Source: an uncultured Candidatus Saccharibacteria bacterium (GTDB taxonomy: Bacteria; Patescibacteriota; Minisyncoccia; Phycocordibacterales; EsbW-18). Taken from it: DNA of 64,000 nt. The DNA lies in assembly GCA_964520295.1 (NCBI GenBank), contig CAZFMQ010000002.1, positions 50,379 through 114,378 on the forward strand, read 5' to 3'. This document shows, piece by piece, positions 31,386 to 42,700 of the stretch; the first letter of the stretch is position 1, and each line of letters begins with the position of its first letter. Below the pieces are notes generated by a model. It was not told the origin of the DNA and searched no databases. It saw only the letters and a program-made list of their open reading frames with translations. A program made the translations under genes and the position numbers.

Positions 31386-33374
31386 ATGCATAAGAAACGA
31401 CGCCCTCACGACAGAGGCACACGGCACGCTACGCGCACCCCACAACGCCACACGCCAAAAACTCCGGCACAGTTTGAAGCAATCATTCGTACAACCCCAA
31501 AAGGGTTGGGTTTTGTTGCGCACCCAACCGACGAGAAGGAATCAATCCGCATTGAGCCGGGTAATCTTGCAACGGCAATGCATGGCGACAATGTGCGTGT
31601 GGAAGTATTGCCCCATCGTGTTCGTGGCGAACAAGTGGCGCGCGTAACCGATGTATTACACCGTGCAAAAACAAAATTTGTCGGCTCCGTTGAAGACAGA
31701 GACGGTGCACTCGTCCTCATTCCAGACAATCGCAAAAGCTACACACCTATACTCCTTATTGATGCAGGTGAAAGTGTTCCGGGTGATAAAGCATTCGTTG
31801 AGCTTGTAGCATGGACTGATCCAACACAACTACCAACAGGACGTGTCATAGAAAACATCGGCAAAAAAGGTAATCACGAAGTAGAAATCCGTTCCATCAT
31901 TCTTGAAAAAGGCATTGATGACACCTTTCCAAAAGAAGTTGAAGAAGAAGCACAGCGTATTCATGAGGCCTATAACGCCGATGCAGCACTCGCTGGACGA
32001 AAAGATTTTCGTACCACGACAACATTTACCATTGACCCTGTAGATGCAAAAGATTTTGACGATGCTCTCTCAGTCCGCTTTCTGGAAGATGGCACCATGG
32101 AAGTGGGCGTGCATATTGCCGATGTGTCGCACTTCGTTGTCCCTGGTTCAGCACTTGATCGCGAAGCACGCGTGCGTGGATTTTCATCGTACCTTGTTGA
32201 TCGCACCATTCCGATGCTTCCCGAAGTGCTCTCAAATGATTTGTGTAGCTTGAAACCTGATGTAGATCGTCTCACCTACTCATGCTGGTTTACGCTTGCC
32301 CCTTCTGGTGAAATCCTTTCACGTGATTTTGGACGAGGCATTATTCACTCTGTGCGCCGTTTTACCTACGAAGAAGCGCAAACGGTGCTGACTGCAGGTC
32401 AAGGTGAGTACTACAAAGAACTGCATGCACTCAACACGTGGGCAAAGCGCTCACGCGCAGAACGTATGCAACGTGGTGCGATTGATTTTGAACAACACGA
32501 GGTTCGCTTTGAGCTTGCTGATGATGGCGTACCGCTCTCTGCATATACAAAGGAACGTCTTGATACACATAAACTTATTGAAGAGTTCATGTTGCTCGCC
32601 AACCGTGAAGTAGCGGAGTTTATTCATGGTATGTACGAAAAGAAGCGTCACCCATTTATCTATCGCGTGCACGATACGCCCAACCCAGAGCGCATTGGTG
32701 ATTTGGCAGAGTTTGTACATGCACTTGGGTACACACTTGAAATGACACCGCAAGGCGGTGTCACGGGTCGCGCGCTCAACAAACTGTTTACTGAAGTTGC
32801 CGAAGCACCTGAAGCAGATCTCATTTTGACCGCAGGATTGCGTTCAATGTCAAAAGCTATTTACTCGACGCGCAACATTGGGCACTTTGGTCTCGCACTC
32901 AAAGCATACACACAATTCACCTCACCTATTCGCCGCTACGCCGACTTGCTCGTGCATCGCTTGTTGTTTGCACAGCAAACGCAAGGCACACTTCCTATCA
33001 ATGACTATCCGTTCTATGCAAAATTGGCTGAAGAAATTTCTGAACGTGAACTCTCTATCATTGAGGCAGAACGTGAATCAGTGAAATTGAAACAATCAGA
33101 GTACATGGCGGCACGCATTGGACAAGAATTTGAAGGTGTCATCTCTGGTGCATCCGATTGGGGTATTTTCGTAGAAGAAAAAGATACGCACGCCGAAGGA
33201 TTGGTGCGCATGGCGAATATGCCCAACGATTATTATCGCCACGAACCAAAAAAATATCGTGTCATTGGTGAGCGCACCAAAAAAGTGTATTCACTCGGTG
33301 ATGTGGTGTGCTTCAAAGTATTGGGGGTGGATGTTGACCGAAAGCAGATTGATTGCGCGCTTGTAGAAAAATAG
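31386..33374 (+). CDS. rnr: Ribonuclease R
   Basis: TIDPVDAKDFDDA, HIADVS, LIEEFML, HFGL...FTSPIRRYADL, C-terminal S1. Confidence 0.95.
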   Translation: MHKKRRPHDRGTRHATRTPQRHTPKTPAQFEAIIRTTPKGLGFVAHPTDEKESIRIEPGNLATAMHGDNVRVEVLPHRVRGEQVARVTDVLHRAKTKFVGSVEDRDGALVLIPDNRKSYTPILLIDAGESVPGDKAFVELVAWTDPTQLPTGRVIENIGKKGNHEVEIRSIILEKGIDDTFPKEVEEEAQRIHEAYNADAALAGRKDFRTTTTFTIDPVDAKDFDDALSVRFLEDGTMEVGVHIADVSHFVVPGSALDREARVRGFSSYLVDRTIPMLPEVLSNDLCSLKPDVDRLTYSCWFTLAPSGEILSRDFGRGIIHSVRRFTYEEAQTVLTAGQGEYYKELHALNTWAKRSRAERMQRGAIDFEQHEVRFELADDGVPLSAYTKERLDTHKLIEEFMLLANREVAEFIHGMYEKKRHPFIYRVHDTPNPERIGDLAEFVHALGYTLEMTPQGGVTGRALNKLFTEVAEAPEADLILTAGLRSMSKAIYSTRNIGHFGLALKAYTQFTSPIRRYADLLVHRLLFAQQTQGTLPINDYPFYAKLAEEISERELSIIEAERESVKLKQSEYMAARIGQEFEGVISGASDWGIFVEEKDTHAEGLVRMANMPNDYYRHEPKKYRVIGERTKKVYSLGDVVCFKVLGVDVDRKQIDCALVEK

Positions 33375-33394
33375 GCATACCGTACAATAGAGAT

Positions 33395-33625
33395 ATGCTT
33401 GAGATATTGCCACTGGCACTTCCCTCATCTATGTCGCCCACGAGCATTGTGTGGTGCATCTTTGCAGTCGTCTGCATACTCTGGGCAATCGCAACAGCCA
33501 TTCTCCTCTTTCACTGGCGTGCATACGGCACCAAAACACCACGTCTCAAACGCATGAAGCGTATATATCTGATTGGCTCAGGTATTCTGTTGGCATCTGC
33601 ACTTAGTTTTATTTTCTCTCTGTAA
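33395..33625 (+). CDS. Small two-TM membrane protein
   Basis: Two hydrophobic helices around FHWRAYG; TACAAT 6 nt upstream of ATG. Confidence 0.65.
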   Translation: MLEILPLALPSSMSPTSIVWCIFAVVCILWAIATAILLFHWRAYGTKTPRLKRMKRIYLIGSGILLASALSFIFSL

Positions 33626-33629
33626 GTAT

Positions 33630-34214
33630 ATGAATCAGTACACAAAAGGCATACACGTTGATGCACCTGATAACCACATACACGGATTGGTTGATTTAGA
33701 GCCAGGCGAGAAAATACTGCTGGAAGTGCGCCGTCACATGTTTGTGCTCTACACCAAGGTCGCATTCATTGCCATACTCTTTTTTGCACCAATGTTTCTC
33801 TTCGGCCTTATGTCGGCGGGTATCAACCACTATATAGGTTCTGGGGGTAGTGTTATTACAGGATTCTTATATGCGATCTGGGTACTCTTTCTATGGATAC
33901 TGTTTTTCTACTACTGGACCGATTACTATCTTGATGTATGGGTAATTACGAATCGTCGTATTTTTGATATTGAACAAGTAGGCGTCTTCCGCCGTGATGT
34001 GTCTGTCACTCGATTAGAAAAAGTGGAAGACGTGACCACATCAGTACGCGGTGTCTTCGCCACATTCCTGCATTTCGGCGATCTACACATTCACACCGCA
34101 GGAAGTGAGATTGATTTCAGCATTAAAAATGCCGCGAACCCTATGTTTGTAAAAGAAACCATTATGCGTGCACACGGCGAGCGCATTTCAGGTGAAAAAC
34201 TCCTCCACGAATAG
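33630..34214 (+). CDS. Membrane protein with bacterial PH-like domain
   Basis: L.PGEKI...RRH, two TMs, WVITNRRIFDIEQ.G.F, FGDL.IHTAG. Confidence 0.8.
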   Translation: MNQYTKGIHVDAPDNHIHGLVDLEPGEKILLEVRRHMFVLYTKVAFIAILFFAPMFLFGLMSAGINHYIGSGGSVITGFLYAIWVLFLWILFFYYWTDYYLDVWVITNRRIFDIEQVGVFRRDVSVTRLEKVEDVTTSVRGVFATFLHFGDLHIHTAGSEIDFSIKNAANPMFVKETIMRAHGERISGEKLLHE

Positions 34215-34224
34215 TGCGTGTCCG

Positions 34225-36522
34225 TTATTTTGCGACCGCAGATGCTTCCGTAAATGAAACTGAAAGCAGTTGCGATACTGCATCGTGCCCCATCGTCACA
34301 CCGTACAGAACCCCTGCACGCGACATTGTTTCGCGATTATGCGTAATCAAAATAAGTTGTGTCTTCTGCGCCAAGTTTTCAATCATGTCTCCGTAGCGTC
34401 GGCTGTTTGCTTCATCTAATGCCGCATCTGTTTCGTCTAAGATAATAAACGGTGGTGGATTTACTTGTGACATTGCAAAAATAAGTGCGATAGACGTTAG
34501 CGCACGCTCACCACCCGACAACATTTCCAATCCGCGTACCTTTTTGCGTGGGAGCGACACGTTGATTTCAACACCTTCCTGCACTTTTTCTTCATCGTCG
34601 GCGCCACCATCCTCATCGTTTTCTAACATGCTTTCAAGATCAGTATCTTTGCGTGCACGCTTTTTCTCTTTCACCACATCCAACGATGCTGAACCGCCAC
34701 CAAACATAATGGAGAAAAATGAATTGAACTCTATGTTGATTTTTTGTATACCTTCGGAGAACTCTCGCGAGAGCGTTGTATCCAAATCTACAATCAGCTG
34801 TTTCAGCGCATCAGCCGAAGCTACCAAATCTGCGATTTCTTTTTCCAAATGCGCATCGCGGGCTGTTACCTCCTCAAATTCTTTGACCACATCATCGCCG
34901 CCTGCCGTTCCTGCTTCTTCTAAACGAATTTTCATGCGTTCAATATCTTTTTTACGCCCCTGTTGTACCGAGCGCTCCTCTTTTGTGTCGCTCTGTGCAA
35001 GCACCGCAAGAATGTCGTCAAATCGAACGGCTTCTAGGCCAGCAAGCGCACCCGCTTCAATCAATTCACGTTTATATTCCTCCTCCTCAAGAGCACATGC
35101 TTGTAGTTCCCCTTTGAGTGTTTGAATCTGCAAGCGTACATTCTGCTGTTCATGCGAGAGTGCAAAAATAGCACGCTCTATTTCACGTCCCGATGTGAGA
35201 TCTTCTTCAATCGTTGATTGCAATTTTTTATAGGTCGCTTCGTGCTCGTGTTCCTCTGCAGTACTACGCTCAATATCTGCCGTAATACGTGCGCGCTCTT
35301 TTTCAAGGTTTTGTAGTTGTACGCGCATATCCTCTAACTCATTGGAAGATGTAGCAGTGGTGCCCGCAAGAGTGTCGGAAAAATCACTCACGGTTGTCTT
35401 GAGACGTTGTAGCGCGTCTTTGAGTCCACCAATATCAGAAAGCACGAGCGCATCGGTAATGTGTGCCAACACCTTTGAAACAAGTGTAGATACAGATGCG
35501 TACGGCACGGTACGGTGCGCATCTTCTGTCTGGCGTTTTTCTTCACGCGCAATGAGTGCAGTAATAGCCGCCATTTCACCCTCTAGACGGCCGGCGTCAC
35601 GCATTTTTTCATCTTTCTGTTGGCGAATGGTGCGTAATTTTTGTTCACTAGCAAGTAATGCTTCTGATGTGGTGTCTTTGTGTGAAAGCTGTTGTAATTT
35701 TTCACGCGCGTCGCCAATCTCGCGTTCCAATGTGCGCATACGTTCTTCGTGCGGTTGTAGCGCTTCTTCAAGCGATGTACGTTCACGTGCAAGATATGTT
35801 TTTTCTCGCGCAAAATATTCTCGGTACTCTTGCACCAACGCACTGGCAAGTTCGCGTGCCTTTGCCACTTTTGCCATCTGCTTCTCCAAAAACTTCAAAT
35901 GTGGTTTGAGTTCACGGCGAATGCTTTCTGCTTTTTCCAGATTCTCTGCTGTCTTTTCAAGTTTCTTGATGCTCTCTTCTTTTTTGTACTGATACACCTT
36001 CAAACCCAGGGCGTCTTCTACCATTGTCTTTCGCTCGCGTGGATTGACCGACAAAATTCTATCTGCTTCACCTTGCGAAATGATGTGGTGCCCCGATGCA
36101 CCAATGTGCGCACTACTCAATAATTCAAAAATATCTTTGAGGCGTGATGATGATCCGTTCAAATTGTATTCCGATGATGCATCGCGGTGAATAATGCGCT
36201 CCAACAGCACCTCGTCGAAATCCAAATCAAAAAGCTTTTGGCCATCAGCGCCAGCACGTGTGGTGTTGTCAAAGGTCAATTTGACGTATGCACGATTACT
36301 GCGTGGTGCATCTTTTGAGCCATTCCAAATAAGATCTTCCGTGCGCTTTCCGCGCATTGATTTCAATGACTGCTCACCGAGCACAAACCGGAATGCTTCT
36401 GCAACGTTTGATTTACCCGAACCATTCGGGCCAACAATTGCAGTAATGGGGGTTTTGAACTCAAGTGTTGTTTTCTTTGCAAACGATTTGAATCCAGAAA
36501 GTTCCAGCGATTTCAGATACAT
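34225..36522 (-). CDS. smc: SMC-family ATPase, short (765 aa)
   Basis: LSGFKSF, GPNGSGKSN, IISQG, coiled coils, LSGGE, ILDETDAALD, ITH; near rnc. Confidence 0.85.
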   Translation of the reverse strand: MYLKSLELSGFKSFAKKTTLEFKTPITAIVGPNGSGKSNVAEAFRFVLGEQSLKSMRGKRTEDLIWNGSKDAPRSNRAYVKLTFDNTTRAGADGQKLFDLDFDEVLLERIIHRDASSEYNLNGSSSRLKDIFELLSSAHIGASGHHIISQGEADRILSVNPRERKTMVEDALGLKVYQYKKEESIKKLEKTAENLEKAESIRRELKPHLKFLEKQMAKVAKARELASALVQEYREYFAREKTYLARERTSLEEALQPHEERMRTLEREIGDAREKLQQLSHKDTTSEALLASEQKLRTIRQQKDEKMRDAGRLEGEMAAITALIAREEKRQTEDAHRTVPYASVSTLVSKVLAHITDALVLSDIGGLKDALQRLKTTVSDFSDTLAGTTATSSNELEDMRVQLQNLEKERARITADIERSTAEEHEHEATYKKLQSTIEEDLTSGREIERAIFALSHEQQNVRLQIQTLKGELQACALEEEEYKRELIEAGALAGLEAVRFDDILAVLAQSDTKEERSVQQGRKKDIERMKIRLEEAGTAGGDDVVKEFEEVTARDAHLEKEIADLVASADALKQLIVDLDTTLSREFSEGIQKINIEFNSFFSIMFGGGSASLDVVKEKKRARKDTDLESMLENDEDGGADDEEKVQEGVEINVSLPRKKVRGLEMLSGGERALTSIALIFAMSQVNPPPFIILDETDAALDEANSRRYGDMIENLAQKTQLILITHNRETMSRAGVLYGVTMGHDAVSQLLSVSFTEASAVAK

Positions 36523-36561
36523 ACGTTCCTATTATCTCAAATACAGGAAGAATTTCCATAG

Positions 36562-36617
36562 AAAAAGCGGCGACATGATGAATCATGTCGCCGCTGACCA
36601 CCGCCTTCAGGCGGTGG
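36562..36617 (-). terminator. Tandem hairpins ending unit 3
   Basis: On minus: CCACCGCC-TGAA-GGCGGTGG (contains stop codon), then AGCGGCGACATGAT-TC-ATCATGTCGCCGCT-TTTT. Confidence 0.75.
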
Positions 36618-36963
36618 CAATCAGATACAGGCCCTTCATGACCGCTCCGATGCGGTCCATCAGGGACTGATACACCCTCTCGTTGTCTGGCCGCTCGTCC
36701 TGCCAGACAACCATCACTGACCCAGCGGGTGTGGAGAACCAGGACACGGAATGCCCCACGAGAGGTTCCATGCCCTTTCCCCCTCTGATGACGCTCGCCC
36801 AAATAGTGGGCTTGAGGTACGCCATCACCGCCAGTGTCCTGTTCTCGGCGTACGGGAACGTGCGCACGAGAATCGTACTCTCCATCTCTCCCGGCTCAAA
36901 AACCGTGAGACAGGTGCACGCAATCTCCTTTGGCAAGGAGAAGTTTGCAATAATAAAGTCCAC
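36607..36963 (-). CDS. Hypothetical protein (118 aa)
   Basis: GTG start preceded by SD GAAAGGGG; GC-richer codons; own promoter and terminator. Confidence 0.65.
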   Translation of the reverse strand: MDFIIANFSLPKEIACTCLTVFEPGEMESTILVRTFPYAENRTLAVMAYLKPTIWASVIRGGKGMEPLVGHSVSWFSTPAGSVMVVWQDERPDNERVYQSLMDRIGAVMKGLYLIATA

Positions 36964-37046
36964 TAAATAACCCCTTTCTATAGCCCGTGGGCTACGGCTG
37001 TGAAAAATCCAAAAGAAAGATACCACACAAAACACCACTGTGTCAA
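36964..37046 (-). promoter_or_regulatory. Promoter/leader of unit 3
   Basis: TTGACA-18nt-TATCTT, then GGATTTTTCACAG, hairpin TAGCCC-AC-GGGCTA, SD GAAAGGGG. Confidence 0.6.
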
Positions 37047-37053
37047 TAAACCC

Positions 37054-37743
37054 TTATGACCAGTGTTTCTTTTCAAGAGCGGCACTCGCAGCTGATTGTT
37101 CCGCTTCTTGCTTGCTCTTCCCCATACCATCTGCAACTTGCGTCTCACCTAAATAGACAGCAACGGTAAATTCTCGATCGTGATCAGGTCCTTCTTCTCG
37201 TACTGTTTTATACGAAGGTGTAATTCCAACTTTATCTTGTGCCACCTCCTGTAAACGACTCTTTGCATCACGCCATAAATGTTTACCGACAATATCATCA
37301 GTCAGTGGCAGTAAAAACTTTGAGACAAAAGCGCGCGCTGTTTCGTACCCGCCGTCCAAAAAGAGCGCACCGACAATGGCTTCAAATGCGTTGGCGAGAA
37401 TGTACTGGCGCGCGCGTCCGGTATCTTTTGCTTCACCACGTGAGAGCAACAAAAAATCATTCACACCGATATCCAGTGCAACGGTCGAGAGTGTTGACGT
37501 ATTCACCAATCCCGCACGGTACGATGTCAAATCACCTTCATTTTTCTGCGGATACCGAGCAAACAAAAATTCTGTTGTAATCAATTCTAAAACCGCGTCT
37601 CCTAAAAACTCCAGACGCTCATTGTGTTGGCCCTTCTTTCGCGATTCATTGATAAATGAACGATGGGTCAATGCAGTAGTGAGCAAAGACGCATCAGCGA
37701 ATGTGTGGCCGATTTTTTGTTCAAATAAAGAAAACTCTTTCAT
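37054..37743 (-). CDS. rnc: Ribonuclease III
   Basis: ALTHRS, NERLEFLGDAVL, dsRBD GPDHD..F...SKQEAEQ. Confidence 0.97.
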   Translation of the reverse strand: MKEFSLFEQKIGHTFADASLLTTALTHRSFINESRKKGQHNERLEFLGDAVLELITTEFLFARYPQKNEGDLTSYRAGLVNTSTLSTVALDIGVNDFLLLSRGEAKDTGRARQYILANAFEAIVGALFLDGGYETARAFVSKFLLPLTDDIVGKHLWRDAKSRLQEVAQDKVGITPSYKTVREEGPDHDREFTVAVYLGETQVADGMGKSKQEAEQSAASAALEKKHWS

Positions 37744-37746
37744 ACC

Positions 37747-38649
37747 TTACTGGTGTTGCTTTTGAGAGAGCAACGTAATTGCCTTCGTAATCAGCGGTAG
37801 AATATCGTCGTAAATGTTGAGGTTTACAATTTCACCGAGACGGAACCATCGTGCATCATCTAAACCGCCTGACGAACCGAGGTGCAAATCACGGAATGGT
37901 GCTTCTGCAAGGAAGTAGGTAACGCGCTTGCGTATCTTTCCCTTCTCGGGATGCGACGCAATGTACTCATTACTACCAATTTCATCTTGCAAGGTAATGT
38001 CCAGCCCTAATTCTTTGTGTATCTCGCGCACCGTACCTGTACGCACATCTTCCTTTTCTTCTATGCGCCCTTTGGAAAGAGTCCAGTGTCCGAAGACGTC
38101 ATGCACAAACGCGATATAAATATCGTCTTCATGACGAGCGTACACGACCGCGCCGCCCAACACCTCTTGTGGCATTTCTTCATACGGCACCTCTTTCTTT
38201 CGTTTTGATGTCTCGTTCTTGCCTGGCTCTCCCAATTCTTTATATACAGAGCCAAGTACACCGTTGACGAAACGACCCGATGAGTCACCACCAAAACTTT
38301 TCGCAAGTTCAATAGCTTCATTAATGGCAACTTTTGCAGGTACATTTGCACGGTCACCGAACAAAAGTTCAAAGAGACCGAGACGTAATACGTTGCGGTC
38401 TACAAGCGAAATTTTCTCCAGCGGCCATTCAGGTGCCGCTTTGACAATAATAGTGTCAATATCTTTTCGCTTCTCAATAACCCCTTTCAAGAGTGATCTC
38501 ATAAATTCTCCTTCATTGATGCCGTGTGCGTATTCGTCGGCAACATGAGAAAGGATACCGTCTGCTTCTTTTGAAGAAACGGGAGAAAAATCAATCTGGA
38601 AAAGTGTCTGAAGAACAACTGATCTCGCTAGGTGGCGATTACTCATCAT
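37747..38649 (-). CDS. nusB: Transcription antitermination factor NusB fused to a C-terminal NUDIX domain
   Basis: RHLAR..VLQTLF, DRNVLR, AINEAIELAKSFG, FVNGVL; then WTLSKGRIEEKE....VREIHKELGL. Confidence 0.9.
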   Translation of the reverse strand: MMSNRHLARSVVLQTLFQIDFSPVSSKEADGILSHVADEYAHGINEGEFMRSLLKGVIEKRKDIDTIIVKAAPEWPLEKISLVDRNVLRLGLFELLFGDRANVPAKVAINEAIELAKSFGGDSSGRFVNGVLGSVYKELGEPGKNETSKRKKEVPYEEMPQEVLGGAVVYARHEDDIYIAFVHDVFGHWTLSKGRIEEKEDVRTGTVREIHKELGLDITLQDEIGSNEYIASHPEKGKIRKRVTYFLAEAPFRDLHLGSSGGLDDARWFRLGEIVNLNIYDDILPLITKAITLLSQKQHQ

Positions 38650-38704
38650 CTATTGTGCGCATCACATACGGCAATGCGCGATGTCAAACGTCTACCGTGA
38701 GACC

Positions 38705-38968
38705 TTATTTGGCCTCTGCTTTAGCTGCTTCCTTTGCATTCTCTCCACGTGCGCGGAGTTTTGCTTGTTTACGAGCCAATGAACGCTCAGAACGCGCCTG
38801 CATATCTACAACAGTGCGGCCGCGGTAGGCACCACAAACGCCACATGCTTGGTGACGAATATGCTGTGAACCACATGATGCGCACACAGAAAAACGTGGC
38901 CCTTTGAGGGCGTGGTGTGACCGGCGGTTACCGGTGTGACCTTTTGTGTGTCGCATGCGAACTGTCAT
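38705..38968 (-). CDS. rpmF: 50S ribosomal protein L32
   Basis: RRSHHAL, CASC..H..CGVCG.YRGR. Confidence 0.92.
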   Translation of the reverse strand: MTVRMRHTKGHTGNRRSHHALKGPRFSVCASCGSQHIRHQACGVCGAYRGRTVVDMQARSERSLARKQAKLRARGENAKEAAKAEAK

Positions 38969-39037
38969 ACCGAAATACAGTACCAAAAAAGCCCTAAAAA
39001 CGCAACTAGAGACGGGCGGGCACTGTGGACTGGTGGA

Positions 39038-39619
39038 TTACTGAAAACGGCGGCAAAAAGTTGCTCGGTGGATTGGAGAGAGTCCGTGTTTTTTGAGTAC
39101 ATTGGTGTGTGTTTTTGTGCCATATCCTTTATGGCTCTTGAATCCGTATGCAGGATAGTATGTGTCCATGCGGAGCATATAGCGATCGCGTAGAACCTTT
39201 GCAACCACAGATGCCAATGCAATTGCTAATTCTTTTTCATCGCCTTTGATAATCGTTTTTTGATTCTTATATATGTGTGGTGCATGCAAAGTGCCATCCA
39301 GAAGTATTTTTGCGTTGTGACGCGCGCCTATTTTCTTTAATGCGCGCGTCACACAACCGGCAATTGCCGGCACGATGCCATTGCGGTCAATTGCAGGCGC
39401 GCTTGCCGAAACGGCTACATAAGCAAGCGCGCCGTCTCTCTGCAATGCACGGATGCTGGCAAACCACTCCTCCCGCACTGTCTCTGACAATTGTTTTGAA
39501 TCACGCACACGCGGAAATATCGCGCGCACTACTGCTACATCATGCAGAGCAACGCAACCAACATACACAGGACCCGCCAACGGCCCCCGCCCCGCCTCAT
39601 CAATTCCAATCACGTTCAT
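39038..39619 (-). CDS. rnhB: Ribonuclease HII
   Basis: GIDEAGRGPLAGPV, DSKQL, KGD, ASVVAKV.RD, HKGYGT. Confidence 0.96.
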   Translation of the reverse strand: MNVIGIDEAGRGPLAGPVYVGCVALHDVAVVRAIFPRVRDSKQLSETVREEWFASIRALQRDGALAYVAVSASAPAIDRNGIVPAIAGCVTRALKKIGARHNAKILLDGTLHAPHIYKNQKTIIKGDEKELAIALASVVAKVLRDRYMLRMDTYYPAYGFKSHKGYGTKTHTNVLKKHGLSPIHRATFCRRFQ

Positions 39620-39730
39620 TGTATATAACGTAGCACATACCACACGGCCTCCCCTTTACAACCTCCGCAAGAAACCGCCGAACGCGCAATCCACTCCATA
39701 TAATTGGACTTCATCTTGTATCATGAATGT

Positions 39731-42700
39731 ATGTCACAGGGGTTTGTTCATCTGCACACGCACTCACACTTTTCGCTCCTTTCTGCCCTCCCGCGTATTC
39801 CAGAACTCGTTGCACGCGCAAAAGAACTCGGTATGCCCGCACTCGCACTTACCGATAACGGTAATCTTTACGGCGCCATTGAGTTTTACAAAACATGTAC
39901 CAAAGCCGGCATCAAACCAATCATTGGCGTTGACTTCTACCTTGCCGCTCGCACGCGCCACGACCGTGAAGCAGGTATAGACAGTAAACGTGAGCGTCTC
40001 ATACTTTTGGCAAAAAACTACAGCGGCTACGAAAATCTCATCAAACTCGTTACCTACTCACACCTTGAAGGTTTTTATTACAAACCGCGCGTCGACCAAG
40101 AATTACTTGAAAAATACAACGATGGATTGCTTGCCATTATTCCCGCATTCAATGGTGCTATTGGCAATGCGCTCTCGCTCGGTGATACACAACGTGCACA
40201 CGACACGCTGTCGCTCTATCGAACACTCTATGGCAATGACAACGTATATTTAGAAATTACAGCGCATCCCGAAATTGATGGACACACAGAACGCATGCAA
40301 CGCATCCGTGCATTTGCACGCGAAACGAACACATCACTTGTTGCGTCAAATGATGTGCAGTATCTCACACCCACTGATGCTTCTGCGCGCCGCACACTTT
40401 TATCGGTACAATCGCATGGAGATGGCTGGCGAAACAGCTTCTCAAATGCCGAAGCCGATTTTTCTTTCACAACCACCGAGCGAATGGCAGAGCTGTTTGC
40501 CGACACACCCGACGCGCTGACCAACACACTCACCATCGCCGAACAATGTGCCGTTGAAATCCCTATCGGCTCGTGGATGTTTCCGACGTTTCCTATTCCC
40601 GATGGTGCAACATACGCAACCGAACTAGAACGCAAGGTGCATGAGGGTGTTACATGGCGCGGTATCACACCAACTGATGAAATAAAACAGCGCATTGCAT
40701 TTGAACTCAACACTATTATTGAAAAAGGATACGCACCGTACTTCCTCGTCGTGGGAGATTTACTTCGTTACGCTCACGAAAACAAAATCCTTACTAACAC
40801 GCGTGGTTCTGTTGCAGGTTCGCTCGTGTCCTACGTACTCGGCATCACCACGGTAAATCCTATTGAGTATCAACTTCCCTTTGAACGTTTTCTCAATCCA
40901 CTTCGCCCCTCACCACCCGATATTGATTTGGACATTGCCGATAATCGCCGTGATGAAATGATTGCGTATGCGCGACAAAAATATGGTACTGATAACGTCG
41001 CACAAATCGGTACGTTCGGAACGATGATGGCGCGCGGTTCCGTGCGCGACACCGGTCGCGCACTCGGGTATGACGTTGCCACGGCAGATCGCATTGCCAA
41101 ACTCATCCCCTTTGGCTCGCAAGGATTTCCAATGTCTATTGACCGCGCGCTTGAAGAAGAACCCGATTTCAAAAAACTCTATGAGAGCGATGAAGATACA
41201 AGAGCAATTGTAGACATGGCACGAAAAATTGAAGGATGTGCGCGTCATATTTCAGTGCACGCAGCGGGTGTGGTGATTTCTCCCGTGCCATTGGAAGATA
41301 TTGTGCCAACGCAGTGGGACCCAAAGGGTGAAGGAAAATTGCTCACACAGTATGACATGCACGCCGTTGAAGACATTGGTTTATTGAAGTTTGATTTTCT
41401 TGGACTCAAAAACCTCGCCATCCTTGCTGAGGCCGTCAAACGCGTAAAGAAAATATATGGACAGGACATTGATGTAGAAGCAATCCCACTGGATGATGCA
41501 AAAACATTTGACATGCTTGCACGTGGAGAAACATTGGCGGTGTTTCAACTTTCTGGTGACGCGATGACTCAGTTTCTCAAGGAGCTACACCCAACAAGTG
41601 TGCACGACATCAACGCCATGGTGGCACTCTACCGCCCGGGGCCGATGAAAAACATTCCCGAATACATTGCGCGCAAACACGGTCGCAAGGCAGTCACGTA
41701 TTACCATCCAAAAATGAAAGAGTATTTGGAACGCTCATACGGCATTTTGGTATACCAAGATGACTTGCTCTCCACCGCGCTCACACTTGCGGGCTACACT
41801 TGGGAGACGGTGGACAAATTCCGCAAAGCCATTGGAAAAAAGATTCCGGAAGAAATGGCGAAGCAACACGACATTTTCGTGGAGGGTTGCAAAACACATT
41901 CACAGATGACTGAAGCACAAGCCGAAGGTCTCTGGGCACTCTTTGAGCCGTTCCAAGGATATGGTTTCAACAAAGCGCACGCTGCCTCTTATGGACGATT
42001 AGCGTATCAAACTGCGTACATGAAAGCACAGTATCCAACTGCGTACATGGCGGCAGTATTGTCTGCTGATGCCGGTGATGTTGATAAAATCTCTGAACTT
42101 ATTGCAGGTTGTAAAAAAATGCAGATTGAAGTGCTCCCACCTGATATCAATGAAAGTTTTGGAGACTTCTCTGTTGTAACCGCAGATACAACAGATGATG
42201 GCGCTGAAAAAATCCGCTTTGGGCTGTACTCAATCAAAAACTTCGGTGAAGGTATCGGTACAGTCATTATTGAAGAGCGAAAAACAAATGGTGCATATGC
42301 ATCGTTGGAAGATTTCCTCTCGCGTATCAATGATCGCAATCTCAATAAGCGCTCCTTAGAAGCCCTCATTCAATCAGGATCATTGGATAGATTTGGAGAA
42401 CGCGGACAACTATTGGCAAACATTGAAACACTGCTTCTATTCAACAAAGAAGCAACAACACATGGCAAAGCACAAGAATCTCTGTTCGGTTCTGCGGGGC
42501 CCTTCCTCTCACACCTGACGCTTGCACCCGCAGACCCCGCACCACAAGAACAAAAATTGCGCTGGGAAAAGGACTTGCTCGGTCTCTACATTTCCGGTCA
42601 TCCGCTTGATAAGCACAAAACGGTGCTGGAGTCGGCGGGCACCACCATTGAAAAAATAAAAGGTATGCAGGCAAACACCACATCTGTGGCGTATGGTCTT

